From assembly GCA_027459525.1 (NCBI GenBank), contig DAIDIC010000093.1:8039-72038 (forward strand): 64,000 bases of DNA, written 5' to 3'. Shown here one piece after another: positions 19,998 to 28,876 of this stretch (position 1 is its first letter; each line of letters begins with the position of its first letter). This stretch comes from Ktedonobacteria bacterium. GTDB lineage: Bacteria; Chloroflexota; Ktedonobacteria; Ktedonobacterales; JACDGC01. A program made the position numbers and the translations under genes. Under the pieces are notes generated by a model that saw nothing but the letters and a program-made list of their open reading frames with translations, had not been told where the DNA came from and did not search any database.

Positions 19998-22189
19998 TAA
20001 GCTAAATGCAGGAATTGAAGCAATAGATCAATGACTTTAATGCCAATAAAAGGCAATAAAATACCCCCAGCGCCATAAATCAGCAAGTTGCGGCGCAACA
20101 GCGCAGCAGCGCCGATTGGCAGGTATTGCACTCCTCGCAATGCAATGGGAATTAATGCTATGATGATCAACGCATTGAAGATCACTGCCGATAAAATAGC
20201 GCTGCTAGGTGACGCCAAATGCATGATGTTGAGCGCTTGTAATTGTGGATATGTTGCTACAAACACCGCCGGAATGATGGCAAAATATTTTGCAACATCG
20301 TTAGCGATACTAAACGTTGTTAACGCTCCCCGTGTTATAAGCAACTGCTTACCAACTTCAATAATTTCAATCAATTTTGTAGGATCGGAGTCGAGATCAA
20401 CCATGTTTCCAGCCTCTTTTGCTGCTTGCGTGCCACTATTCATAGCAACGCCAACATCTGCCTGTGCCAGCGCGGGAGCATCGTTAGTGCCATCACCAGT
20501 CATAGCAACTAGTCTGCCACCTGCCTGCTGTTCTTTTATGAGTTTTATCTTTGTTTCCGGTGTAGCCTGAGCGAGAAAATCATCAATTCCCGCTTCTTCA
20601 GCAATTGCTTTGGCAGTCAATGGATTATCGCCAGTAATCATAATAGTGCGAATACCCATTTTGTGCATCTTCTCAAATCGCTGTCTCATACCTTGTTTCA
20701 CAATATCTTTAAGATATATAACACCTAAGATTTGAGCGGAATCAGCGCCCTGTAACTTCTGCGCTTGAGCAACAACAAGGGGCGTGCCACCTGCACGGGC
20801 TATACGCTCTACTATAGCATTCAAGTCAGCGGGAATTGCCGCTTTCTGTTCAGTTGCCCAAGTCAACATGGCGTCTGATGCGCCCTTACGAATATAAGTT
20901 GGGCAGCCATTGATTTCCAGATCAACTCCACTCATACGAGTCGCAGCGCTAAATGGTATAAATGTTACATGTTCATCTTGTTTTTGCTCATGTACAAGAT
21001 GACGCTTCTCATACGCCAGTAATACAATAGAACGGCCTTCAGGTGTTTCATCTGGAATTGAAGAAAGCATTGCCGCTTTAGCAAGATCTGCTTCATTAAC
21101 TCCATAAACGGGAATGAATTCAGCAGCCATACGATTACCTAATGTTATAGTCCCTGTTTTATCAAGTAACAATACATCAACATCTCCGGCAGCCTCAACA
21201 GCGCGCCCGCTCATTGCCAGAACATTCTGCTGAACTAACCGATCCATTCCAGCAATACCAATTGCCGAAAGCAACCCGCCAATTGTCGTTGGTATTAAAC
21301 AGACAAGTAAAGCAACGAGCGCTGTAATGGATACAGCGTCGCCGGAATAGATTGCAAACGGCTCTAAAGTAACAATTGCCAACAGAAAGATAATTGTGAG
21401 CACAGCCAGCAGAATATTCAGCGCTATTTCATTCGGCGTTTTCTGCCTATTTGCGCCTTCCACTAAAGAAATCATGCGATCTAGGAATGTATCACCGGGA
21501 TTCGTTGTAATACGCACAATAATCCAATCAGATAATACTCGCGTCCCACCGGTTACAGCCGAGCGATCCCCGCCACTTTCACGGATAACCGGCGCACTTT
21601 CACCAGTAATAGCAGATTCATCAACAGAAGCTACGCCAGTCACAATTTCACCATCACTCGGAATAATGTCTCCGGTTTCTATCAATACTAGGTTATCCTT
21701 ACGCAATTGCGTCGCCGCGATTAATGTATACGGCAGGTTGCATTGATATTCTGTTGTTTTCGCTGAAAGCAGTTTAGCCATAGCGTCTATACGGGTCTTT
21801 CGCAAAGATTCTGCCTGCGCTTTGCCACGCCCCTCTGCCATTGCTTCAGCAAAATTTGCAAACAACAAAGTAAACCATAACCAAGCAGCGACGGCAAAAA
21901 TAAAGCCGCGCTGATTGCTGAGTGAGGAGTCAAATAGTGCGCGAAAAAATTCAACACTGGTAATAACGCTTCCCACTTCAACGACAAACATAACAGGATT
22001 GTGCGACTGAATACGCGGATCAAGTTTTTTTAAGGCGTCAATCAATGCGCGGCTAAGGATTTTTGTTTCAAAAAGTGAAGATTTTTTTCGTTTCTTTATT
22101 TTTATGTCTTTTGTGTCAGTTTGCTCTGGCTGTTGAGCAGGTTCTTGGGTTTGATGAATAAACTTTGGTAAATCAATAAACTGATTCAT
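19997..22189 (-). CDS. kdpB: Potassium-transporting P-type ATPase subunit B
   Basis: P-type motifs DKTGTIT, MITGDN and [18 protein letters not shown]. 730 aa. Confidence 0.97.
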   Translation of the reverse strand: MNQFIDLPKFIHQTQEPAQQPEQTDTKDIKIKKRKKSSLFETKILSRALIDALKKLDPRIQSHNPVMFVVEVGSVITSVEFFRALFDSSLSNQRGFIFAVAAWLWFTLLFANFAEAMAEGRGKAQAESLRKTRIDAMAKLLSAKTTEYQCNLPYTLIAATQLRKDNLVLIETGDIIPSDGEIVTGVASVDESAITGESAPVIRESGGDRSAVTGGTRVLSDWIIVRITTNPGDTFLDRMISLVEGANRQKTPNEIALNILLAVLTIIFLLAIVTLEPFAIYSGDAVSITALVALLVCLIPTTIGGLLSAIGIAGMDRLVQQNVLAMSGRAVEAAGDVDVLLLDKTGTITLGNRMAAEFIPVYGVNEADLAKAAMLSSIPDETPEGRSIVLLAYEKRHLVHEQKQDEHVTFIPFSAATRMSGVDLEINGCPTYIRKGASDAMLTWATEQKAAIPADLNAIVERIARAGGTPLVVAQAQKLQGADSAQILGVIYLKDIVKQGMRQRFEKMHKMGIRTIMITGDNPLTAKAIAEEAGIDDFLAQATPETKIKLIKEQQAGGRLVAMTGDGTNDAPALAQADVGVAMNSGTQAAKEAGNMVDLDSDPTKLIEIIEVGKQLLITRGALTTFSIANDVAKYFAIIPAVFVATYPQLQALNIMHLASPSSAILSAVIFNALIIIALIPIALRGVQYLPIGAAALLRRNLLIYGAGGILLPFIGIKVIDLLLQFLHLA

Positions 22190-22207
22190 ACTACTACCAT
22201 TTTCCTC

Positions 22208-23950
22208 TTAGAAAGTTCTTCCTACCAACATAAGCAACTGTTCAATAATTGGACCCAATGCAAGAGCAGGAAAAAATGTCAGTGCGCCGACTATCAAAAT
22301 CACACCTATTACTAATGCAGCAAACAGTGGGGTTGTGGTTGGAAATGTTCCGGCGCTATCAGGGATAACTTTTTTCTGTACAAGCGAACCTGCCAGCGCC
22401 ATAACCGGAATTACAAAAGCAAAACGCCCGATGATCATGGCAAATGCGCCTGTCCAATTATAAAATGGTGTGTTGCTTCCTAATCCGGCAAAAGCCGAAC
22501 CATTATTACCTGTCATCGAGCTAAAAGCATAAAGCATCTCACTTAGACCATGTGGCCCGGCATTACTAATTTGTGAATATCCGCCATGGTAGACAGACGC
22601 AATAGCAGTAAAGCCTAATATTGAAAGCGGCAAAATCAAAATAGCTAAGGAGACCATCTTCATCTCATACTGCTCAATTTTCTTTCCTAGATATTCCGGT
22701 GTTCGCCCTACCATCAGACCAGCAATAAATACTGCAAGAATTGCAAAGATAATTAAGCCATAAAGACCTGATCCTACCCCGCCAAAGATAACTTCACCCA
22801 ACTGGATATTAACCATCGGAATAAGACCACCAATCGGTGTATAGCTGTCAATCAAACTATTAATTGCGCCACAGGATGCTGCAGTTGTAATCGTTGTAAA
22901 AAGTGTTGAAGAGCCTATTCCAAAGCGCATCTCTTTGCCTTCCATATTGCCGCCAGGCTGTGCAAGCGGATATCCATGGTAGACTTGATTGACACCCAAA
23001 TGCGCCAACAATGGATTACCTGCCTGCTCTGCGCCAAGTGTAATGACAGCTCCAATAATAAAGATCAAACTCACAGCGCCAAATAATACCCAACCTTGTT
23101 TTGTATTGCCGGCAGATTTACCAAAGAAATACAGCAAGCCTGCGCTTATGACTAACATCGACAGCATTTCAACAAGATTCGTAAAAGAAGTTGGATTCTC
23201 AAATGGATGGGAGGAATTGGCGTTGAGGAAACCGCCGCCATTCGTTCCTAGCATTTTAATCGCTTCTTGAGAAGCAATTGGCCCATAAGCAATAATTTGC
23301 TTAAATCCCTCCAAAGATGTTACGGTGGCATAGTTACCGAATGTTTGTGGAACACCTTGCCAAACTAGAAATAGCGCATAGATAACACAGATAGGCAGCA
23401 ATAAATACAAAATACACCGTGTGACATCTACCCAGAAATTACCAAGATGTTTTGCGCTATGCCGAACCAAACCACGAATAACAGCCACAGCTAAAACAAT
23501 CCCCACAGCAGCAGATGTAAAATTATGAAATTCAAGTCCCAGCATCTGAGAGAAATAACTCATTGTTGTTTCGCCGCTATAATTTTGCCAGTTGGTATTT
23601 GTAGTAAAACTTGTTGCAGTGTTAAAAGCCAGAGTAGGATTAACTGCCGGAAACCCTTGAGGATTCAAGGGAAGTTTATCTTGCAAACGTAAAATTGCAT
23701 AAGTAAATACTAAACCTGCAGCGCTAAAGATAAGCATGGAAATAGTATACCCTTTCCAATCTTGTTCCTCATTTTCTTTAACGCCACCTACCCAATAGAA
23801 AAAATGCTCTACCGGATAAAAAATCCGTTCAAACCAAGTATTTTTCGTTTCAAAAACAGCAGATAGATAAAGGCCAACTGGTTTAGTTAACAAAAGTAAA
23901 ATGATAAAATATATCGCAATTTGCGCTAAACCATTCAATGTAAAAATCAC
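22208..23950 (-). CDS. kdpA: Potassium-transporting ATPase subunit A
   Basis: 580-aa polytopic protein. TNTNWQNYSGE and GTNGGGF selectivity-filter-type motifs are typical of KdpA. Confidence 0.95.
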   Translation of the reverse strand: MIFTLNGLAQIAIYFIILLLLTKPVGLYLSAVFETKNTWFERIFYPVEHFFYWVGGVKENEEQDWKGYTISMLIFSAAGLVFTYAILRLQDKLPLNPQGFPAVNPTLAFNTATSFTTNTNWQNYSGETTMSYFSQMLGLEFHNFTSAAVGIVLAVAVIRGLVRHSAKHLGNFWVDVTRCILYLLLPICVIYALFLVWQGVPQTFGNYATVTSLEGFKQIIAYGPIASQEAIKMLGTNGGGFLNANSSHPFENPTSFTNLVEMLSMLVISAGLLYFFGKSAGNTKQGWVLFGAVSLIFIIGAVITLGAEQAGNPLLAHLGVNQVYHGYPLAQPGGNMEGKEMRFGIGSSTLFTTITTAASCGAINSLIDSYTPIGGLIPMVNIQLGEVIFGGVGSGLYGLIIFAILAVFIAGLMVGRTPEYLGKKIEQYEMKMVSLAILILPLSILGFTAIASVYHGGYSQISNAGPHGLSEMLYAFSSMTGNNGSAFAGLGSNTPFYNWTGAFAMIIGRFAFVIPVMALAGSLVQKKVIPDSAGTFPTTTPLFAALVIGVILIVGALTFFPALALGPIIEQLLMLVGRTF

Positions 23951-23962
23951 AATATAACGCTC

Positions 23963-24058
23963 CTAAAATTTATCAGGCCGCAGAAGGGCAAACATCAAAT
24001 AAACTGCCAATGTTAAGGCTATAACACCAATAATGAAATATTCCCAGTTCCAGATCAT
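23963..24058 (-). CDS. kdpF: Potassium-transporting ATPase subunit F (31 aa; below the ORF-track cutoff)
   Basis: My own translation gives MIWNWEYFIIGVIALTLAVYLMFALLRPDKF. This is a single TM helix with the KdpF-type C-terminal LLRP-[DE]-KF. A GGAGGG RBS is present. The ORF ends 12 nt before the kdpA ATG. Confidence 0.8.
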   Translation of the reverse strand: MIWNWEYFIIGVIALTLAVYLMFALLRPDKF

Positions 24059-24153
24059 TGATCCCTCCGAATAATATGTTCACATCCAACCGTAAAGGCA
24101 ATTAGAGCGGCAAACATAAGAAGCGAGACAATGATATACAGTACATCAAACAT
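24055..24153 (-). CDS. Candidate 32-aa hydrophobic micro-protein translationally coupled to kdpF
   Basis: My own translation gives MFDVLYIIVSLLMFAALIAFTVGCEHIIRRDQ. An AAGAGG lies 6 nt upstream of its ATG. Its TGA overlaps the kdpF ATG (ATGA). Confidence 0.4.
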   Translation of the reverse strand: MFDVLYIIVSLLMFAALIAFTVGCEHIIRRDQ

Positions 24154-24441
24154 TGAAAACCTCTTATTAAATTTGTAGATCTCACAAATTCTTAAATGAT
24201 ATCATCCCAAAAAGCATTATTTTACAAGGGTATTGCTCAATTAAGATATCCTTTGGGAAATTATAGCTTGTGGCGTGTCATGAAAATATAAAGATTTACT
24301 GGGGGAAAACATTAAAAAAATATCAAGATTTGTTTGTTTTTAAAAAAATCAGAACACACAGATTTTACTGAAGGGGTTAGTAATCAATATTGAGGAATTG
24401 CTATCTTATAATTATCTTTTTGTTCTAGTTAGACAAAATCG

Positions 24442-25179
24442 CTAATGCTCAATTTTGAGCCGATAGCCTATTCCCGGTTCGGTGACAATGTAACGCGGCC
24501 GGCCGGCCTCTGGCTCTAATTTCCTGCGCATCTGTGCGATACAAACCCGCAGATAATGAATCTCATCTTCAAATTGTGGTCCCCAAACAGCTCGTAACAA
24601 ACTTTGGTGAGTAACTACCCGACCAGCATTGGTTGCAAGAAATTTAAGAACTTCGTATTCATTTGGAGTGAGATGCACTTCATTATTTTTTTGCAGCACC
24701 TGTCTCTGTTCAAAGTTAATAGAGATATCACCAAAGGTAAAAATTGTATCACAACGTTGCGCGACAGCGCTATGCGCTGTATGGCGCAATTCAACTTGTA
24801 TACGGGCAATTAACTCATCCATATTAAATGGTTTTACAAGATAATCATCAGCGCCATTACTCAAAAGTTCAATTTTATCTGCGTCATTGGAACGCACAGA
24901 GAGTACAATGATTGGAGTTTGAGACCACAAACGTACTTGCTGACAAAATGTCAGACCATTTATTTCCGGCATCTCATAATCAAGAATCACCACATCAGGG
25001 CGCCACGTTGAGATAAGCTCCATTCCTTGTTTTGAGTTCCCTACCCATTTAACCGTATATCCGGTTTTTGTCAATCCAATGTGCATTGATTTCCCTATAG
25101 CATCATCATCATCCACAACAAGGATACGAGCAAATTTCTTAAGAGAAACTGCTTTTATTTCAGAATCACTAGCATACAT
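24442..25179 (-). CDS. kdpE: OmpR-family response regulator, KdpE-like
   Basis: Receiver domain (ILVVDDD...VILDYEMPEINGL) plus a winged-helix domain (LTPNEYEVLKFLATNAGRVVTHQSLLRAVWG...YLRVCIAQMRRKLE). Confidence 0.85.
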   Translation of the reverse strand: MYASDSEIKAVSLKKFARILVVDDDDAIGKSMHIGLTKTGYTVKWVGNSKQGMELISTWRPDVVILDYEMPEINGLTFCQQVRLWSQTPIIVLSVRSNDADKIELLSNGADDYLVKPFNMDELIARIQVELRHTAHSAVAQRCDTIFTFGDISINFEQRQVLQKNNEVHLTPNEYEVLKFLATNAGRVVTHQSLLRAVWGPQFEDEIHYLRVCIAQMRRKLEPEAGRPRYIVTEPGIGYRLKIEH

Positions 25180-25193
25180 AATTATTTTCTCCT

Positions 25194-26801
25194 CTATTTT
25201 ATAGGAAGCGTAAAATTGAAAACGCTTCCGCCTTCTGGCAAATTTTCAGCCCAAATATTTCCTTGGTGTTCTTGAATAATATGAAAACAGGCTGCCAACC
25301 CTAATCCCGTTCCCTTGACAATTTTTCCTGAAAGCCATGGCAATTCTTGATCCAGTCTATAAAATTTCTCAAAAATTGCTTGCAATTCAACTGGAGGAAT
25401 GCCAACTCCTTCATCATATACTTGAACCAAAATAGTTGCGCCATCAAAATTTGGAGCAGCTTTGATAGTAATGTTACTCTTTGGCGGAGAATACGTGACT
25501 GCATTCTCAACAAAATTGATAACAACACGCTCAATCGCAACATGATCCATAATTGCTTCAAGGGGATCCTCCGCAATATCGACAATAATACAGTGCTGCT
25601 GCAGTTGACCAGAAGTTTCAAGTTCATCTAAAGCAGTTGCAACAACATCATTAATAGGATAAAGCGATCGTGGAGTCTCTTTTACCTTCCCTTCAAACCG
25701 GGATATCGTTAAAATATTATCTACAATGCTTGCTAACCTTCGTGAGCTTCCCATAATCTTTTCTACCAATATCATATGCTCTGCTTTGTCAATCTGAATA
25801 TCTGTTTGCATCAACAAGCTGGCTGCCGTCTGAATAGCGGTAATTGGTGTGCGCAAATCATGTGTGATTGATCCTAAAAGCGCATCCTTCAACCGCTCAC
25901 TTTCTCGTAACGTTGCCGCATGCATTGCTTCACGTTGCAACGCTGCGCGTTCAATTGCCAAAACAATCTGATCACAAAACGTTGCAAATTGCTTTGCCGG
26001 CAATGTTTGTCGATTATCTTGTTGGGGAACAAATGCCAGCAATTGTTCAATCGTTGGCGATCCGCTCACAGCTAGAATTCCAAATTGATTACGCAAAGGG
26101 ATAAAATATGTTGAAATACCCTGTTCAATCAATACATTTTTCTTTCCATTTACTAGCGCTGCAGTAGCATAATTTTGATATTGCAGCGCGTCAAACTGCA
26201 TTAATAATGAATTTTGAATTAATTGTGAATAAGCAATTGAACGTACAGCTAATTCACCAGTCTCAGTTGGTACCCATAACGAACACGCCAAAATACCTTC
26301 CCTATCAAATTGCTGGCAGATCCATGCCGTAAATATTGGAAACAGCGTATTGCTTTCATGTACTGCAGCTATTTGCTGCGAAAGATCATAGAGCGCGGCA
26401 GTGCGTATCTGACTATCAACCGCATATTGCTCACGTTTACGCAAGGCAAAAGTAAAAAATGTAATAATCAAACTAATCATTAAAAATGTTGAAAGAAATA
26501 TCCATTCCGCAGGATCATCGATAGTAAGGCGATAATAAGGCTTAATAAAGAAAAAATCATATGTAAGAAACGCCAGCACAGACATTAAGCTTGATGAAAA
26601 TTGCCGCGATGTTGAAGCAAGCCAAATAATTCCCAATAAATACAAAAAAGAAATATTCACTGCAGAATAAGGCAAAATTTGGCTGAGCAGCCATCGAAGT
26701 AATGCGATCAAAATAGTGTAAACAAAAACATACACAATGGCGTCTCGGATTTGCTTCCAAACCGCATTATTTCGGTTTGATATTTTATGTGATTGCAACA
26801 T
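25194..26801 (-). CDS. kdpD: Sensor histidine kinase corresponding to the C-terminal half of KdpD (DUF4118-type membrane domain, GAF-like region, HisKA, HATPase)
   Basis: Four-TM region with the FFFIKPYYRLTIDD motif. H-box SITHDLRTPITAI. N/G boxes (NFVENAVTYS, DEGVGIP, GTGLGLAAC). The start at ATG 26801 is uncertain; the ORF is open to 26897. Confidence 0.8.
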   Translation of the reverse strand: MLQSHKISNRNNAVWKQIRDAIVYVFVYTILIALLRWLLSQILPYSAVNISFLYLLGIIWLASTSRQFSSSLMSVLAFLTYDFFFIKPYYRLTIDDPAEWIFLSTFLMISLIITFFTFALRKREQYAVDSQIRTAALYDLSQQIAAVHESNTLFPIFTAWICQQFDREGILACSLWVPTETGELAVRSIAYSQLIQNSLLMQFDALQYQNYATAALVNGKKNVLIEQGISTYFIPLRNQFGILAVSGSPTIEQLLAFVPQQDNRQTLPAKQFATFCDQIVLAIERAALQREAMHAATLRESERLKDALLGSITHDLRTPITAIQTAASLLMQTDIQIDKAEHMILVEKIMGSSRRLASIVDNILTISRFEGKVKETPRSLYPINDVVATALDELETSGQLQQHCIIVDIAEDPLEAIMDHVAIERVVINFVENAVTYSPPKSNITIKAAPNFDGATILVQVYDEGVGIPPVELQAIFEKFYRLDQELPWLSGKIVKGTGLGLAACFHIIQEHQGNIWAENLPEGGSVFNFTLPIK

Positions 26802-27426
26802 GATTGTGTTTGTAATGTAATCAGAAAAATTATTTATTTTGTTTGTTATAGATATTTTGATTTTTGAAATATGTATCATTTTCATGTCTATCTTCAATTA
26901 AACATGGTAATATTTAAAAACATTGTGACTGGCAATGTTCGCATCGTCAAAACATATTATAACATGCGGCGATATACCGGTAAAATTAATCCCTGCCACT
27001 GTCCAATCTCTTCAATTCCACATTCACAAAAAATTCTGATTTTTCTCAAGCTAACTTCCATTCTTGTATCCAAACAACTGAAAAGATTGATGGCTTACAA
27101 GCTATTCTAAAGAATATACAACATCACACAGCAGTTGCATAGTTGCGACGTCACAATATCCGGGCATATGGCGGCGAATATGCCTGATTTTATGCAACAA
27201 ACTCGCTATTTGTCAGTTCGCGATAGCTTTGATACAATATAGATGTGAAACAGTGTCTTTATTTGAGATTCATCCGGCATATTCCACAAAAATTCAATCG
27301 TTTTAGATATGATAATTTTTAGTGGTTCGCTTCATGAATATATTATCAAATTGCTATTTTTCAGATTTTCAGATGAAGATGTAAAACAATATCAGGACTT
27401 TCGCTGCAGCATGGAACATCGGGGAT

Positions 27427-27472
27427 GTACAAGGGGCGACGCCCCTTGTACGGGGTTCTGGGGTGTCCCCAG
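27427..27472. repeat. Two adjacent GC-rich perfect hairpins in an otherwise AT-rich intergenic region
   Basis: GTACAAGGGGCG-A-CGCCCCTTGTAC at 27427-27451 has 12-nt arms. CTGGGG-TGT-CCCCAG lies at 27458-27472. Confidence 0.6.
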
Positions 27473-27577
27473 ACCTCCCTTGGTTGCAGATACGAGAACC
27501 ATACGCTTCTCTTTCAAGCAAAAGTCCTAAATATAATACTATCGCGCATATATACGCGCGCCAAAGGAGCATTTTCT

Positions 27578-28765
27578 ATGGCAGAAAATGACGCGGTTAT
27601 AGTCAGCGTCGCCCGCACGCCAATCGGAAAATTTTTAGGGAGTCTTTCCCCGCTTAGCGCTACAGATCTTGGCTCTATTGCCATACGCGAAGCTGTTAAA
27701 CGTTCCGGAATACCCGGCGAAGCGTTTGATGAGGCTATTTTAGGCAATGTTGTTTCCGCCGGCGTCGGCCAAGCCCCCGCCAGACAAGCGGCAATCAAAG
27801 CCGGCCTGCCCGACGCATTGCCCGCGCTCACTATCAATAAAGTCTGTGGATCCGGCTTAAAAGCTGTTATGCTGGCTGCCCAGTCAATTAAGGCGGAAGA
27901 TCAGCATGTTGTGCTGGCAGGCGGCATGGAAAGCATGAGCAACGGCCCCTATCTGCTTCCCAAAGCGCGTTCCGGCTATCGCTATGGGAACGGTGAATTG
28001 ATAGACTCCGTTGCCAATGATGGCCTGTGGTGCTCATTTGAGCAATGCTTTATGGGCGATGAAGCTGAAATTATCGCCGAAAAATTCAATGTAACCCGCG
28101 AAGAACAAGATCGTTTGGCGTATGAAAGCCATATGAAAGCAGCGGCGGCTACAGCAGCGGGACGCTTTAAAGATGAGATAGTCGCAGTGGAAATTCCCGG
28201 CAAAAAAGGGGTTATCCGCATTGAAACAGATGAATCAATCCGCCCGGAAACTACTATAGAAGCTCTTGCGGCGCTGAAGCCAGCTTTCAACTATGGAGCC
28301 AGAACCGTAACCGCCGGCAACGCGCCGGGTTTGAACGACGGCGCCGCCGCTGTGGTTACCGTCAGCAAACAATACGCCACAGCCCATGGCCTGGCGCCAT
28401 TGGCGCGCATAACCGGCTACGCTTCGGCGGCAATTACACCTAAATATATCTTTGCCGCGCCTACCCTCGCTGTACGAAAACTGATGGAGCGCACGAACAC
28501 AAAAATCGCCGACTACGATCTGATTGAAGTGAACGAGGCGTTTGCCGCGCAAGCGTTGGCCAACGCCAAAGAACTCGATTTGGATTGGAGCCGGGTCAAT
28601 GTCAATGGCGGATCTATCGCCCTTGGGCACCCGCTTGGCGCCAGCGGCGCGCGCATTTTGGTCACTCTGATTTCTGAGCTGCGCCGGCGCGGCGGCGGCA
28701 ATGGGCTTGCCACACTCTGCCTCGGCGGAGGCGGCGCTGTCGCGATGTCTATCATCGTCGAATAA
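27578..28765 (+). CDS. Acetyl-CoA C-acetyltransferase (thiolase II)
   Basis: AAAGGAG RBS at 27563-27569. The start is MAENDAVIVSVARTPIGKF. Active-site contexts NKVCGSGLKA, NVNGGSIALGHPLGASG and CLGGGGAV are present. Confidence 0.93.
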   Translation: MAENDAVIVSVARTPIGKFLGSLSPLSATDLGSIAIREAVKRSGIPGEAFDEAILGNVVSAGVGQAPARQAAIKAGLPDALPALTINKVCGSGLKAVMLAAQSIKAEDQHVVLAGGMESMSNGPYLLPKARSGYRYGNGELIDSVANDGLWCSFEQCFMGDEAEIIAEKFNVTREEQDRLAYESHMKAAAATAAGRFKDEIVAVEIPGKKGVIRIETDESIRPETTIEALAALKPAFNYGARTVTAGNAPGLNDGAAAVVTVSKQYATAHGLAPLARITGYASAAITPKYIFAAPTLAVRKLMERTNTKIADYDLIEVNEAFAAQALANAKELDLDWSRVNVNGGSIALGHPLGASGARILVTLISELRRRGGGNGLATLCLGGGGAVAMSIIVE

Positions 28766-28876
28766 CACTATCGCGCGGTTCCGGATCCAAAGCAATACAC
28801 ACTCAACTTCTATAATTGATATTTTTGCTTCAGCTCCGGAGCCAAGCCATATTCCGTGCTTCGGCGCGCAAAAAAT

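Noticed and set aside
24154-24441. A possible c-di-AMP or other riboswitch in the kdp leader between kdpE and the micro-ORF.
   Set aside because: The region is AT-rich and contains only a weak 6-bp hairpin (ATTTGT...ACAAAT). I could recognise no conserved riboswitch core by eye. This would need a covariance-model scan to exclude formally.
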